Positions 1 through 8,302 of a stretch of DNA of 64,000 nt are shown here, one piece after another. The notes under the pieces were generated by a model. It was not told the DNA's origin. It worked only from the letters and a program-made list of their open reading frames with translations, and searched no databases. The stretch is from an uncultured Bacteroidota bacterium (GTDB lineage Bacteria; Bacteroidota; Bacteroidia; Flavobacteriales; Flavobacteriaceae). The stretch lies in assembly GCA_902590705.1 (NCBI GenBank), contig CACIXU010000003.1, forward strand, positions 72,574 to 136,573, in the 5' to 3' direction. Position 1 is the first letter of the stretch. Every line of letters starts with the position of its first letter. Both the position numbers and the translations under genes were made by a program.

Positions 1-507
1 AACCATTGCACGTAAGTGTTGATTAATGATTATGGGATTTGGGGTGGTATGAGTAGATACAAAATCTTTGTCGTCGTATTTGATGGCAACAGTAGAAATT
101 AATCCTGCTTTCTTTTTTATATTATTAAAAAGATCAAAAAGTAGGGTGGCAACCGTTGTCTTACCATTGGTTCCAGTAACCCCAACAAGTTTTAGGTGTG
201 AGGAGGGTGTTTCATAAAAATTAGATGCCATATATCCCAATGCGACTCTTGAATCATTTACTTGAACATAAACAACCTCTTGATTAAGTTCTTTGGGTAG
301 TTGCTCACATACGACAGAACTTGCCCCTGAGGCCAATGCTTTATCAATATAATCGTGTCCATCTCTTTCAAAACCTTTGATCGCAACGAACATGCCGTTT
401 TTAGTCACATCTCTTGAATCCAAAGCAATATCTGTAACCAAATTACTAGTAGAGCCCAAGACCCCCTCTATAGGAACTTTATACAGTATTTCTTTTATTT
501 TTTTCAA
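1..507 (-). CDS. murE: UDP-N-acetylmuramoyl-L-alanyl-D-glutamate--2,6-diaminopimelate ligase MurE, N-terminal part (gene runs off the left edge)
   Basis: Absent from the ORF track because it is open at the window edge. My reverse-strand translation reads LKKIKEILYKVPIEGVLGSTSNLVTDIALDSRDVTKNGMFVAIKGFERDGHDYIDKA...LKLVGVTGTNGKTTVATLL, which includes the Mur-ligase GTNGKTT P-loop. It lies directly downstream of ftsI, as in dcw clusters. The start is tentatively TTG at 507: TAG TAG is in frame just upstream and there is no ATG. Confidence 0.85.
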   Translation of the reverse strand, partial: MKKIKEILYKVPIEGVLGSTSNLVTDIALDSRDVTKNGMFVAIKGFERDGHDYIDKALASGASSVVCEQLPKELNQEVVYVQVNDSRVALGYMASNFYETPSSHLKLVGVTGTNGKTTVATLLFDLFNNIKKKAGLISTVAIKYDDKDFVSTHTTPNPIIINQHLRAMV

Positions 508-523
508 GTTTCTTTTAAAGGGT

Positions 524-2356
524 TTAATGTTTATTTTCCAACTTATTTTCTACTATTTCAGGTGACAATGATTTTATTTGGTCCAAATCAATATGAACTT
601 TTTTGGGGGTGGCTGTATAGATTTTTTTTGCAATTTTTTTAAATACTGGTGCAGCTACAGTCGAACCGTAATAACCTAATCGTTTGTTTGGACGGTGAAT
701 TACGACTATACAGGAATATTGAGGTTTTTTAGCAGGAAAGTAACCTACGAAACTTGAGATATACTGAACTTCTTTACCTATTCTATTGTAATCTACTTGA
801 CAAGTGCCTGTCTTTCCTGCAATTGTGAAATCTCTATCCTTTATATTGTGCGCAGTACCCCATTTTTTGTCTATTACATTGAACATCATGGTTTTAACTT
901 TTTCAATTGTTGACTGAGAACAAATCGAAGGATTAAGAATCTCCTTCCCAAATATTTGTTGAGGCAGCTCTCCAATAACTCCAATTTTTTCTATAAATCT
1001 GGGTTTAACCATTTCTCCATTATTAGCAATTGCATTATAAAAAGTCAATGTCTGTAATGGAGTCATAGCAACTCCGTAGCCATAGGCCATCCATGGTAAA
1101 TCTAAACCATCCCAATCTGCATCATTTGGATAAGGAATTTTAGGATTACCTTCACCCTTAATTGGCAATCCGATGGGTTTGTTAATTCCCATATTGTAGA
1201 TTCGGTCTACAAATCTTTTAGGATTATTTTTATAATTGTCATTAATAATTTTGACAATCCCTGTATTAGAGGAAACTTCAAGAACTTTCCCAGCAGAAAT
1301 GGTACCATACCCACCTTTTTTTGAATCCCTGACTTTATATTTTCCATAAAAGGTAAGTTCTCCGTCACCTGTTTTGATCAATGTATTTTCATCAATAACT
1401 TTATCTTCCAATGCAGCAATCATTGAAATTAACTTAAAGGTAGAACCAGGCTCGTGGGCTTCCCCCACTGCATAATTAAGTTTCTCGTAATAAGTGCCAA
1501 CTTCTGTTCTACCCAGATTTGCAATTGCTTTTACTTTCCCTGTTGAAGTTTCGATTACCACTACACATCCGTGGTCGGCTTCAAATTTATCTAACTGTTC
1601 TAATAGAGCAGCATGTACGATGTCCTGAATATTGACGTTGATGGTGGTATGAATATCAAAACCCTCAGTTGGCTCTTTTTCATTGTTATCATTAATAGGT
1701 TTCCATTGACCACCAGCAATTTTTTGTTTTAGCCTTCTTCCTTCATCTCCTTTAAGATATTGACCAAATGCTCCTTCAAGTCCAACCCGTAGAAATTTTC
1801 CCTTATTATCTTGTACCTCATATCCAATGGTGCGCTCAGCTATTCTACCAAGTGGATGTTCTCTAAAAATCTGTTGCTCTATAATTAACCCGCCCTTATT
1901 TCGTGAAAGTTTGAATAAGGGGAGCTTTTTGACTCTTTTTTGCTGTGAGTAGGACAATCCTTTTGCTATTAATAGGTATCTATTTTTTTTATTTACTGCC
2001 TTATCTAATTTTTTTAGAATTTCATTTTTATCAATATTAATAATCTTTGATAACCCCTTAGCCAATTCATTTTTTTTAGACTGATAAATTATTTTTGATG
2101 GAACAGCAGCGTCCCATCGTACCTCATAACGTGCAACCGATGTTGCCATAATACTGCCGTCATCCGCGTAAATATTACCCCTACTGGGTTGAAGGATATC
2201 ATTTTTTAGGGTTCGTTTTGAAGCCAACTCTCGATATTTTTCGCCTTGAAAAAATTGCAAATGAATCAACTTTCCAACTAACACCATTGAAAAAACAAAA
2301 AGTGAAAAAATCACTAAATAGGAACGATACATTATCTGCCTTAGGTTTTTATCCAT
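524..2356 (-). CDS. ftsI: Penicillin-binding protein (class B transpeptidase, FtsI-like)
   Basis: 610 aa with an N-terminal TM segment. Transpeptidase motifs are STFK (SxxK), SSN (SxN) and KTGT. Position is between ftsL-like and murE. Confidence 0.9.
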   Translation of the reverse strand: MDKNLRQIMYRSYLVIFSLFVFSMVLVGKLIHLQFFQGEKYRELASKRTLKNDILQPSRGNIYADDGSIMATSVARYEVRWDAAVPSKIIYQSKKNELAKGLSKIINIDKNEILKKLDKAVNKKNRYLLIAKGLSYSQQKRVKKLPLFKLSRNKGGLIIEQQIFREHPLGRIAERTIGYEVQDNKGKFLRVGLEGAFGQYLKGDEGRRLKQKIAGGQWKPINDNNEKEPTEGFDIHTTINVNIQDIVHAALLEQLDKFEADHGCVVVIETSTGKVKAIANLGRTEVGTYYEKLNYAVGEAHEPGSTFKLISMIAALEDKVIDENTLIKTGDGELTFYGKYKVRDSKKGGYGTISAGKVLEVSSNTGIVKIINDNYKNNPKRFVDRIYNMGINKPIGLPIKGEGNPKIPYPNDADWDGLDLPWMAYGYGVAMTPLQTLTFYNAIANNGEMVKPRFIEKIGVIGELPQQIFGKEILNPSICSQSTIEKVKTMMFNVIDKKWGTAHNIKDRDFTIAGKTGTCQVDYNRIGKEVQYISSFVGYFPAKKPQYSCIVVIHRPNKRLGYYGSTVAAPVFKKIAKKIYTATPKKVHIDLDQIKSLSPEIVENKLENKH

Positions 2357-2357
2357 T

Positions 2358-2669
2358 TCAATCTTGGGCTATAATTATTTTAATTGGAGGAATCTTAGCA
2401 GGACCTATTCCCAAGGGCTGTAATTCCTTCATTATTTTTGTTTCCATTTTAAGATTCATTAAGACGGTACGTTGCTCAATAAATTCACTCTTAAGCATTT
2501 TAATCTCTTCATTCAACTGGGCTATCTTAAAAATTTTACGGTCAGTACTGTGTCCACTTGCAATCATTATTAGAGCAAGAATTGACAAATAAATTATCAT
2601 TCTCCAATTTCTAAACGCAACATCATTGACCAAAAAATCCATTTTCAATAAGGATAAAAATTGCTTCAT
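2358..2669 (-). CDS. FtsL-like small bitopic cell-division protein
   Basis: 103 aa with a single TM (MIIYLSILALIMIA) followed by a coiled-coil-like segment. It occupies the ftsL slot between rsmH and ftsI, with start/stop overlaps to both neighbours. The call is mainly positional. Confidence 0.6.
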   Translation of the reverse strand: MKQFLSLLKMDFLVNDVAFRNWRMIIYLSILALIMIASGHSTDRKIFKIAQLNEEIKMLKSEFIEQRTVLMNLKMETKIMKELQPLGIGPAKIPPIKIIIAQD

Positions 2670-3568
2670 ATTCTTTCAGCTATTCTTAGTTTTCCACTTC
2701 TTGATCTATTATTTAACTTTACTTCCTTTTCTGAAGGTATTATCAATCCTCCTACTTTTTTGAAAGGTAAGTTCTTGTTGCCATAAAGGTCAGACTCTGC
2801 ATTTCCCTCAAATTTACCTTCGCGAATAAAGTACTTAACCAAACGATCTTCTAATGAATGATAAGAAATACATACAAGCCTACCATTTTGTTTAAGCAGA
2901 TCAATAGTTTGTTTTAAAAATGACTTTATTGCTCCTAATTCATCGTTAACCTCGATCCTAATAGCTTGAAATACCTGGGCTATTATTTTATTAAAAATGT
3001 GATTAGAAATAATCGGTTTAAATAGTGCAACCAATGCTTGAGTAGATTCTATGGGAGCTTCTTCCCGTTTCATTACTATTGCAGTTGCCAGCTTATGAGC
3101 ATTTCTTAATTCGCCATATTGACTTAAAATCGATCTTAGATCCTCAAATGGATATTCATTTATAACTTGACTGGCGTCTAACTGACCCGAATGACTCATT
3201 CGCATATCGAGTGGACCATCAAATCGTGTTGAAAAACCTCTTTCTCCTGAATCAAATTGGCTTGAGGAAACACCAAAATCTGCTAGAATACCATCAACAG
3301 CTGTAATTCCATGAAACTTCAAATGTCTTTTGATATCCGAAAAATTTCCTTCAATCAAATGAAATCTATGATCCTCAAACTTATTTTCAAATGCCTCCTG
3401 GTCTTGATCAAATGCAAATAATCGCCCGTAGGCTGAAAGGTGATTGATAATTTCCTTTGAATGGCCTCCTCCCCCAAAAGTAACATCGACATAAATTCCA
3501 TCAGGAGTAATTTTTAATCCTTGAACTGCTTCATAAAGCATTACGGGTTTATGATAAATCGTTCTCAT
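2666..3568 (-). CDS. rsmH: 16S rRNA (cytosine1402-N4)-methyltransferase RsmH (MraW)
   Basis: MRTIYHKPVMLYEAV... N-terminus and the SAM motif DVTFGGGGHS. I trimmed the track ORF (2666..3688) to the ATG at 3568. This start still overlaps the mraZ 3' end by 20 nt. Confidence 0.9.
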   Translation of the reverse strand: MRTIYHKPVMLYEAVQGLKITPDGIYVDVTFGGGGHSKEIINHLSAYGRLFAFDQDQEAFENKFEDHRFHLIEGNFSDIKRHLKFHGITAVDGILADFGVSSSQFDSGERGFSTRFDGPLDMRMSHSGQLDASQVINEYPFEDLRSILSQYGELRNAHKLATAIVMKREEAPIESTQALVALFKPIISNHIFNKIIAQVFQAIRIEVNDELGAIKSFLKQTIDLLKQNGRLVCISYHSLEDRLVKYFIREGKFEGNAESDLYGNKNLPFKKVGGLIIPSEKEVKLNNRSRSGKLRIAERI

Positions 3569-4016
3569 TTTGTTCGCCCATAACCTCCTCTGCCAGTGAG
3601 GCAAAATCGGTAGTCGCTTCATCAATCGATTTCTCGTAAAAGGTCTTATCCCATATTTCGAGAATATTAACAACGGATGAAACAACAACTTCTTTGGATA
3701 TTTTTGCGTGGTTTGTTAAATCTTTCGGAATCAAAAGCCTTCCTGTCGTATCTATTTCCACCAATTTCACCCCTGCGGTAAATCTGCGGATAAAGTCATT
3801 ATTCTTTTTTTTAAAACGGTTGAGCTTATTTACCTTCTCCATGAGGTTTCCCCATTGATCAAGTGGATAAAGCTCTAAACATTTATTAAAAACTGCTCTC
3901 TTGATCACAAAACCCTTGTGGAGACTCTTAGATAGCTGTTTTTTTAAGGCAGCTGGCAACATAATACGTCCCTTAACGTCAGCCTTACACTCATATGTAC
4001 CAATAAAGTGCTGCAT
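3549..4016 (-). CDS. mraZ: Transcriptional regulator MraZ
   Basis: 155 aa with two SpoVT/AbrB-like halves carrying DxxxR motifs (DVKGRIMLP and DTTGRLLIP). It is the first gene of the dcw cluster. Confidence 0.9.
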   Translation of the reverse strand: MQHFIGTYECKADVKGRIMLPAALKKQLSKSLHKGFVIKRAVFNKCLELYPLDQWGNLMEKVNKLNRFKKKNNDFIRRFTAGVKLVEIDTTGRLLIPKDLTNHAKISKEVVVSSVVNILEIWDKTFYEKSIDEATTDFASLAEEVMGEQNENDLS

Positions 4017-4040
4017 TGGTGTTTTATATCTTAATTATAT

Positions 4041-4048
4041 CAAATATA
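4041..4048 (-). promoter_or_regulatory. Candidate Bacteroidota -7 promoter element for mraZ (TATATTTG on the minus strand)
   Basis: Matches the TAnnTTTG consensus, 24 nt upstream of the mraZ ATG. This is a motif match only. Confidence 0.4.
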
Positions 4049-4058
4049 AAACTATTTT

Positions 4059-4083
4059 ACCACTTTTTACCACATTATACCAC
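4059..4083 (-). promoter_or_regulatory. Three phased GTGGT direct repeats, candidate MraZ operator
   Basis: The minus strand reads AAAGTGGTATAATGTGGTAAAAAGTGGTAAAA. The pentamers lie at 4079-4083, 4069-4073 and 4059-4063, giving exact 10-bp spacing with 5-nt spacers. This mirrors the three GTGGG repeats with 5-nt spacers bound by E. coli MraZ. Confidence 0.6.
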
Positions 4084-4146
4084 TTTGTTAATAAGTTTTG
4101 ATAGTTGGTTTATTTTTCAATTTTATATGAAAAAAATTAAATTGAA

Positions 4147-4956
4147 ATGGTAAAACCTAAATGCATATCTTTGTTTATTTATTATTTTATTTTGGAAAAG
4201 GAAATAATTACTGAGTCTAATTTCCGCTATATAGAGTCTGGTGAAGGACAACCTGTAGTTATTCTTCATGGTTTGATGGGTGGGTTGAGTAATTTTGCTG
4301 GAGTCCTTGATTATTTCCCTGAAAAGGGTTATAAAATAGTGGTCCCTGAATTGCCGGTTTATGATCTTCCACTTTCTGACACTACTGTAAAATCACTTGC
4401 TAATTTTCTTAATGATTTTTTGAATTTTAAGGAATTAAATGAGGTTATACTTTTAGGAAATTCACTTGGTGGTCATATCGCTTTATTGTTTTCCAAATTT
4501 CATCCCAAAAAAGTAAAAGGGCTTATTATAACAGGGAGCTCTGGCTTATATGAAAATGCCATGGGTGATGGATACCCAAAAAGAGGTGACTATGATTATA
4601 TCAAAACAAAAAGCGAAGAAGTTTTTTATGATCCCAAGGTTGCAACTAAGGAAATCGTAGATGAAGTTTTTGAAACTGTAAATGATAGAAATAAATTAGT
4701 CAAAACACTCGCAATTGCGAAAAGTGCAATTCGTCACAACATGGCCAAAGACTTGCCGAAAATGAAAACTCCAACTGCAATCATATGGGGGGTGCAAGAC
4801 ACTGTAACTCCTCCTAATGTAGCTGAAGAGTTTCATTTACTTCTTCCAAACTCCAATCTTTATTGGATTGATAAGTGTGGACACGCACCGATGATGGAGC
4901 ATCCTCAGGAGTTTAATAGAATCATGCACTCCTGGATAGAAAAAATTCAATTTTAA
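4147..4956 (+). CDS. Alpha/beta-fold hydrolase
   Basis: HGLMGG oxyanion region, the nucleophile elbow GNSLGG (GxSxG), and a C-terminal CGHAPMMEHP histidine motif. The start may instead be TTG at 4192 (LEKEIITES...). Confidence 0.8.
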   Translation: MVKPKCISLFIYYFILEKEIITESNFRYIESGEGQPVVILHGLMGGLSNFAGVLDYFPEKGYKIVVPELPVYDLPLSDTTVKSLANFLNDFLNFKELNEVILLGNSLGGHIALLFSKFHPKKVKGLIITGSSGLYENAMGDGYPKRGDYDYIKTKSEEVFYDPKVATKEIVDEVFETVNDRNKLVKTLAIAKSAIRHNMAKDLPKMKTPTAIIWGVQDTVTPPNVAEEFHLLLPNSNLYWIDKCGHAPMMEHPQEFNRIMHSWIEKIQF

Positions 4957-4966
4957 ATTTTAATTA

Positions 4967-5572
4967 ATGAAAGTTGCCCATGCAGAATTTGTATTAAGCA
5001 ACACCAAGGTGGAGCTTTGCCCAAAAAGCAAATTACCTGAATATGCTTTTATTGGAAGGTCTAACGTGGGAAAATCCTCACTAATAAACATGCTTTGTAA
5101 TAGAAAAAAACTTGCTAAAACCTCCTCTCGACCTGGAAAAACTCAACTTATCAATCACTTTCTAATTAATAAACAATGGTATTTAGTAGACCTTCCAGGC
5201 TATGGATACGCAAGGGTTTCGAAAACTCAAAAAAAAATTTTTAATAAATTCATAACCGATTACTTTATCAAACGTAAAGAATTGATTGCTGCATTTTTAC
5301 TTATTGATCTTAGACACAAGTCACAAACTCTTGATCTTGAATTTATGCGTTGGTTAAGTGAAAATTATATTCCTTTCTCAATCGTTTTCACCAAGGCAGA
5401 TAAGCTTAAAGAAAAAGAAATCGAAAGGAATACCTCGGAATACTTCAAAACACTTGAAGAAGACTGGGAAGAAATGCCAAAACATTTCATCACCTCTTCA
5501 GAAAAAAGTTTGGGAAGGGATGAATTATTGAGTTACATAAACCATATCAACCACACAATATCCTCTTATTAG
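4967..5572 (+). CDS. engB: Ribosome-biogenesis GTPase EngB/YihA
   Basis: G1 GRSNVGKSS, G3 DLPGYG, G4 TKADK. Size is typical at 201 aa. Confidence 0.9.
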   Translation: MKVAHAEFVLSNTKVELCPKSKLPEYAFIGRSNVGKSSLINMLCNRKKLAKTSSRPGKTQLINHFLINKQWYLVDLPGYGYARVSKTQKKIFNKFITDYFIKRKELIAAFLLIDLRHKSQTLDLEFMRWLSENYIPFSIVFTKADKLKEKEIERNTSEYFKTLEEDWEEMPKHFITSSEKSLGRDELLSYINHINHTISSY

Positions 5573-5907
5573 AGATCTTTTTTTAATTCCAGTTTTTCTG
5601 CAAAATAATCACAAAAATCTTTCATTGTAGCCGACATCTTATCATCTTGGGTTGCTCTCAGATAAGTATCGCTCATGGTTACTAATGTCTGATGAAAAAA
5701 CAATCTCATTTGATCTAAAGGCATTTCTTTTATCCAGAGATCCATTTTCAAGGTTTCTTGATTATGGCCGTCCCAAAGAGCTAAAAACATGGCCTGGGCC
5801 AACTCATTATCTACCCCTCCATCAGGTGCTGACCATTGAATCTTTTCGGGTATATTGTTTTCATCGAGACTAACATCAATATGAATTGGACTAATTTTTT
5901 TGGACAT
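5569..5907 (-). CDS. gldC: Gliding-motility-associated protein GldC
   Basis: 112-aa acidic protein immediately downstream of, and stop/start-overlapped with, a GldB-like gene. The N-terminus (IHIDVSLDENNIPEKIQWSAPDGGV) matches my memory of the GldC family. The gldB-gldC pairing is as in Flavobacterium johnsoniae. Confidence 0.7.
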   Translation of the reverse strand: MSKKISPIHIDVSLDENNIPEKIQWSAPDGGVDNELAQAMFLALWDGHNQETLKMDLWIKEMPLDQMRLFFHQTLVTMSDTYLRATQDDKMSATMKDFCDYFAEKLELKKDL

Positions 5908-6890
5908 TATTTACGTGGTTTATAATTAGATTTACTAAAAATCGTTTGCGGAGGTAAGTTAAGTAATGTATTAATATCTGTTTCGGGATATCTATTCATA
6001 TAAGACTTAATAATTTGCCAACCCAGCCAAACACCAACCCTTCCAGGTGATTCATTGTCAATTTCTAGATAAAATTTAGAGAAAGGGGCGGGCTCAATAA
6101 ATCTTTTGACCAGAGATGGTATAGAATTAAACAAGATTTGCTTTTCAATAAAGTATTGCCAAATGTAGACTTCATTATCATTTACCCACTGAATTTGGTC
6201 ATCAGTATAACACATTTTGAGTGCATCACTTTTCATTGGAAGCATAATATCCTTAATATAAATTTTCTTTCCCTGGTATATCATTTGTGACAGAAGCGTT
6301 CGTTCTGTTGGAGTTTCAAGACGGTATTCAACAAATTTATCTATAACATGAGAGCTTAAATACTTTATATCCATGTCCTGTCTAACGTAACTTGGAATTC
6401 CTGCATATAAAGGATGATCTGACCCAAAGTAAGTATCTAAGGAAATCAGTAATAATGAGTCAACATAAACGGTTTTAGTTTGATAATCAACATTATTAAT
6501 CAATCCAATAACTCGCGGTATTTTAGTCATTGGAAAGTAAAATTTTAGATGTTTGAAAAGGTACTCCAATTCATTTTCTATTTGAGTCATTTCGGGAAAA
6601 GATGATTCGACAGTATCCAGCAACATTAATTGAAGACTATCTTTTTGTCTTTTAAACCATACACTATCACTGAATTTTTCTGGAAATAAAAAGGGGTATT
6701 TTTTTTTTAATTCAAAAATCATTTCTGGATTTGAACGGTGAAATTTTTGATCAAATCTTTCAATAGTAATTGAAACTGGAATTGCCATTATTTCAGATTC
6801 CTTAGAATTGTCTGGCTTGCATCTAACAAAAGATAAAACAATAAGCAGGATACTTGTGATTTTACTAATTCTAGCAATAATAATCTCCAT
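5907..6890 (-). CDS. gldB: Gliding-motility lipoprotein GldB
   Basis: 327 aa with a signal peptide and a Cys (LSFVRC). It sits upstream of gldC and divergent from nadE. The call rests on family recollection plus synteny. Confidence 0.7.
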   Translation of the reverse strand: MEIIIARISKITSILLIVLSFVRCKPDNSKESEIMAIPVSITIERFDQKFHRSNPEMIFELKKKYPFLFPEKFSDSVWFKRQKDSLQLMLLDTVESSFPEMTQIENELEYLFKHLKFYFPMTKIPRVIGLINNVDYQTKTVYVDSLLLISLDTYFGSDHPLYAGIPSYVRQDMDIKYLSSHVIDKFVEYRLETPTERTLLSQMIYQGKKIYIKDIMLPMKSDALKMCYTDDQIQWVNDNEVYIWQYFIEKQILFNSIPSLVKRFIEPAPFSKFYLEIDNESPGRVGVWLGWQIIKSYMNRYPETDINTLLNLPPQTIFSKSNYKPRK

Positions 6891-6959
6891 TTTGTTGGAT
6901 TTTTTTTGGTAACAACGTAATTTCGAAATACAAATTTAAGTGACAGCAGATTAATAATT

Positions 6960-7754
6960 ATGAAATCACCCGAGAAAGTAGTAAATCACATTGTCAATTG
7001 GCTGAAAAATTATCTGGAAACATCAAAAATTAAAGGATTCGTAGTTGGCGTTTCTGGGGGAATTGACTCAGCTGTAACTTCGACTTTATGTGCCAGAACT
7101 GGTGCTCCTGTTCTTTGCTTAGAAATGGCAATTCACCAAGAAGAAAATCAAGTCTCTAGAGCTTTAGACCACATACAATGGCTTGAAAAAAACTATAAAA
7201 ATGTTAGTCATCACAGCATTACGCTCACCCCACTTTTTGAAAGCTTTGTTAAAGGTTTACCACCTACCGAAAAAAATGAAGAACAATTACTGAGTTTGGC
7301 TAATACTCGGGCTAGGTTACGGATGTCAACACTCTATTATTTTGCAGCTCTTCACAATTATTTAGTTGCTGGAACAGGTAATAAAGTTGAAGATTTTGGT
7401 GTTGGTTTTTATACCAAATATGGTGATGGAGGTGTAGATTTAAGCCCAATTGCCGACTTACTAAAGTCACAGGTATATGGAGTCGCTAAACACCTTAATA
7501 TAATTGAAAGCATCCAAGTTGCTCCGCCTACTGACGGTCTTTGGACAGATAATAGAACTGATCAGCAACAAATAGGAGTGGATTATGATGAACTAGAATG
7601 GGCTATGAATGAGTTAGAAAAAAATCCCTCAATGAAGGGGCTTACTCCAGAACAAACTAAAACTGTTCAAATTTATTTAAACTTTAACCGCCAGAACCAA
7701 CATAAAATGAATCCAATTCCTGTATGTGAAATCCCAGTTGAATTTTTGGTTTAA
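6960..7754 (+). CDS. nadE: NH3-dependent NAD+ synthetase
   Basis: PP-loop SGGIDS in GVSGGIDSAV; 264 aa. Confidence 0.9.
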   Translation: MKSPEKVVNHIVNWLKNYLETSKIKGFVVGVSGGIDSAVTSTLCARTGAPVLCLEMAIHQEENQVSRALDHIQWLEKNYKNVSHHSITLTPLFESFVKGLPPTEKNEEQLLSLANTRARLRMSTLYYFAALHNYLVAGTGNKVEDFGVGFYTKYGDGGVDLSPIADLLKSQVYGVAKHLNIIESIQVAPPTDGLWTDNRTDQQQIGVDYDELEWAMNELEKNPSMKGLTPEQTKTVQIYLNFNRQNQHKMNPIPVCEIPVEFLV

Positions 7755-8302
7755 TGCAATTCTGCAGTTTATAACTAAAATTTCATAAAATTTATTTTAT
7801 AAGTTTAAAAAGTGTATTTAAAACAATTGTAAATGAACTTTCTTTGTGTGTGGATAGACCAGAGCATATAATCAATAATTCACCATTTTAAGAATATGGA
7901 TTCTTCTTTATGTTTTGTATTTCAGTTGATTTATCCTTCATTTAATTTAACAAAATGAGAGAGTGATTGTTTAAATAATCTTAGTAAAGTTATATTTAAA
8001 ATTGTCTTTTCGTATTACAATTAATTCTAATTAATTGCTGATCATGAGAGGGGGAGGTTAGATAAAATGAATAAGTTCAAACTTTTAACTAATTATTTTC
8101 AATTTAAATTACCCAAGAAAAATTTATAAATAAAAAATCCTTGACTTGAGAATAAACTTCAAAAAGCCCCCTATTTCGAAAATCAAACCTTCCAATTACA
8201 AGAAGCCTAAATCCATTTTTTCTAAGTTAGATTTATACTATTTTTTTTAGAAAATTAAAAATAATAGAGGACGGGATTGCTGTAACTTAAAGAAGCTGAT
8301 CA

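Noticed and set aside
2218-2592. 124-aa plus-strand ORF in the track (similarly 377..565, 3901..4101, 5652..5873)
   Set aside because: It is antisense to the well-supported ftsI/ftsL-like, murE, mraZ and gldC genes. Its composition is low-complexity and it has no motifs. These are typical shadow ORFs in AT-rich DNA.
3569-3688. N-terminal extensions of track ORFs (rsmH 3569-3688, aroA 16142-16225, the 17236 ORF 18535-18630, obg 22040-22063, porV 39701-39724, ddl 60397-60468, flavin reductase 51440-51484, mlaF 32592-32651)
   Set aside because: The extensions overlap upstream genes or add non-homologous residues ahead of family-typical N-termini. In each case an internal ATG gives the expected start.
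7849-7857. DnaA-box-like TGTGGATAG (8 of 9 match to TGTGGATAA) in the long spacer, raising the idea of an origin
   Set aside because: There is only a single box and no cluster of boxes. No dnaA or dnaN is nearby. A second weak match (TGTGGATGT, about 50258) lies inside the CDGSH mini-ORF. This is insufficient for oriC.
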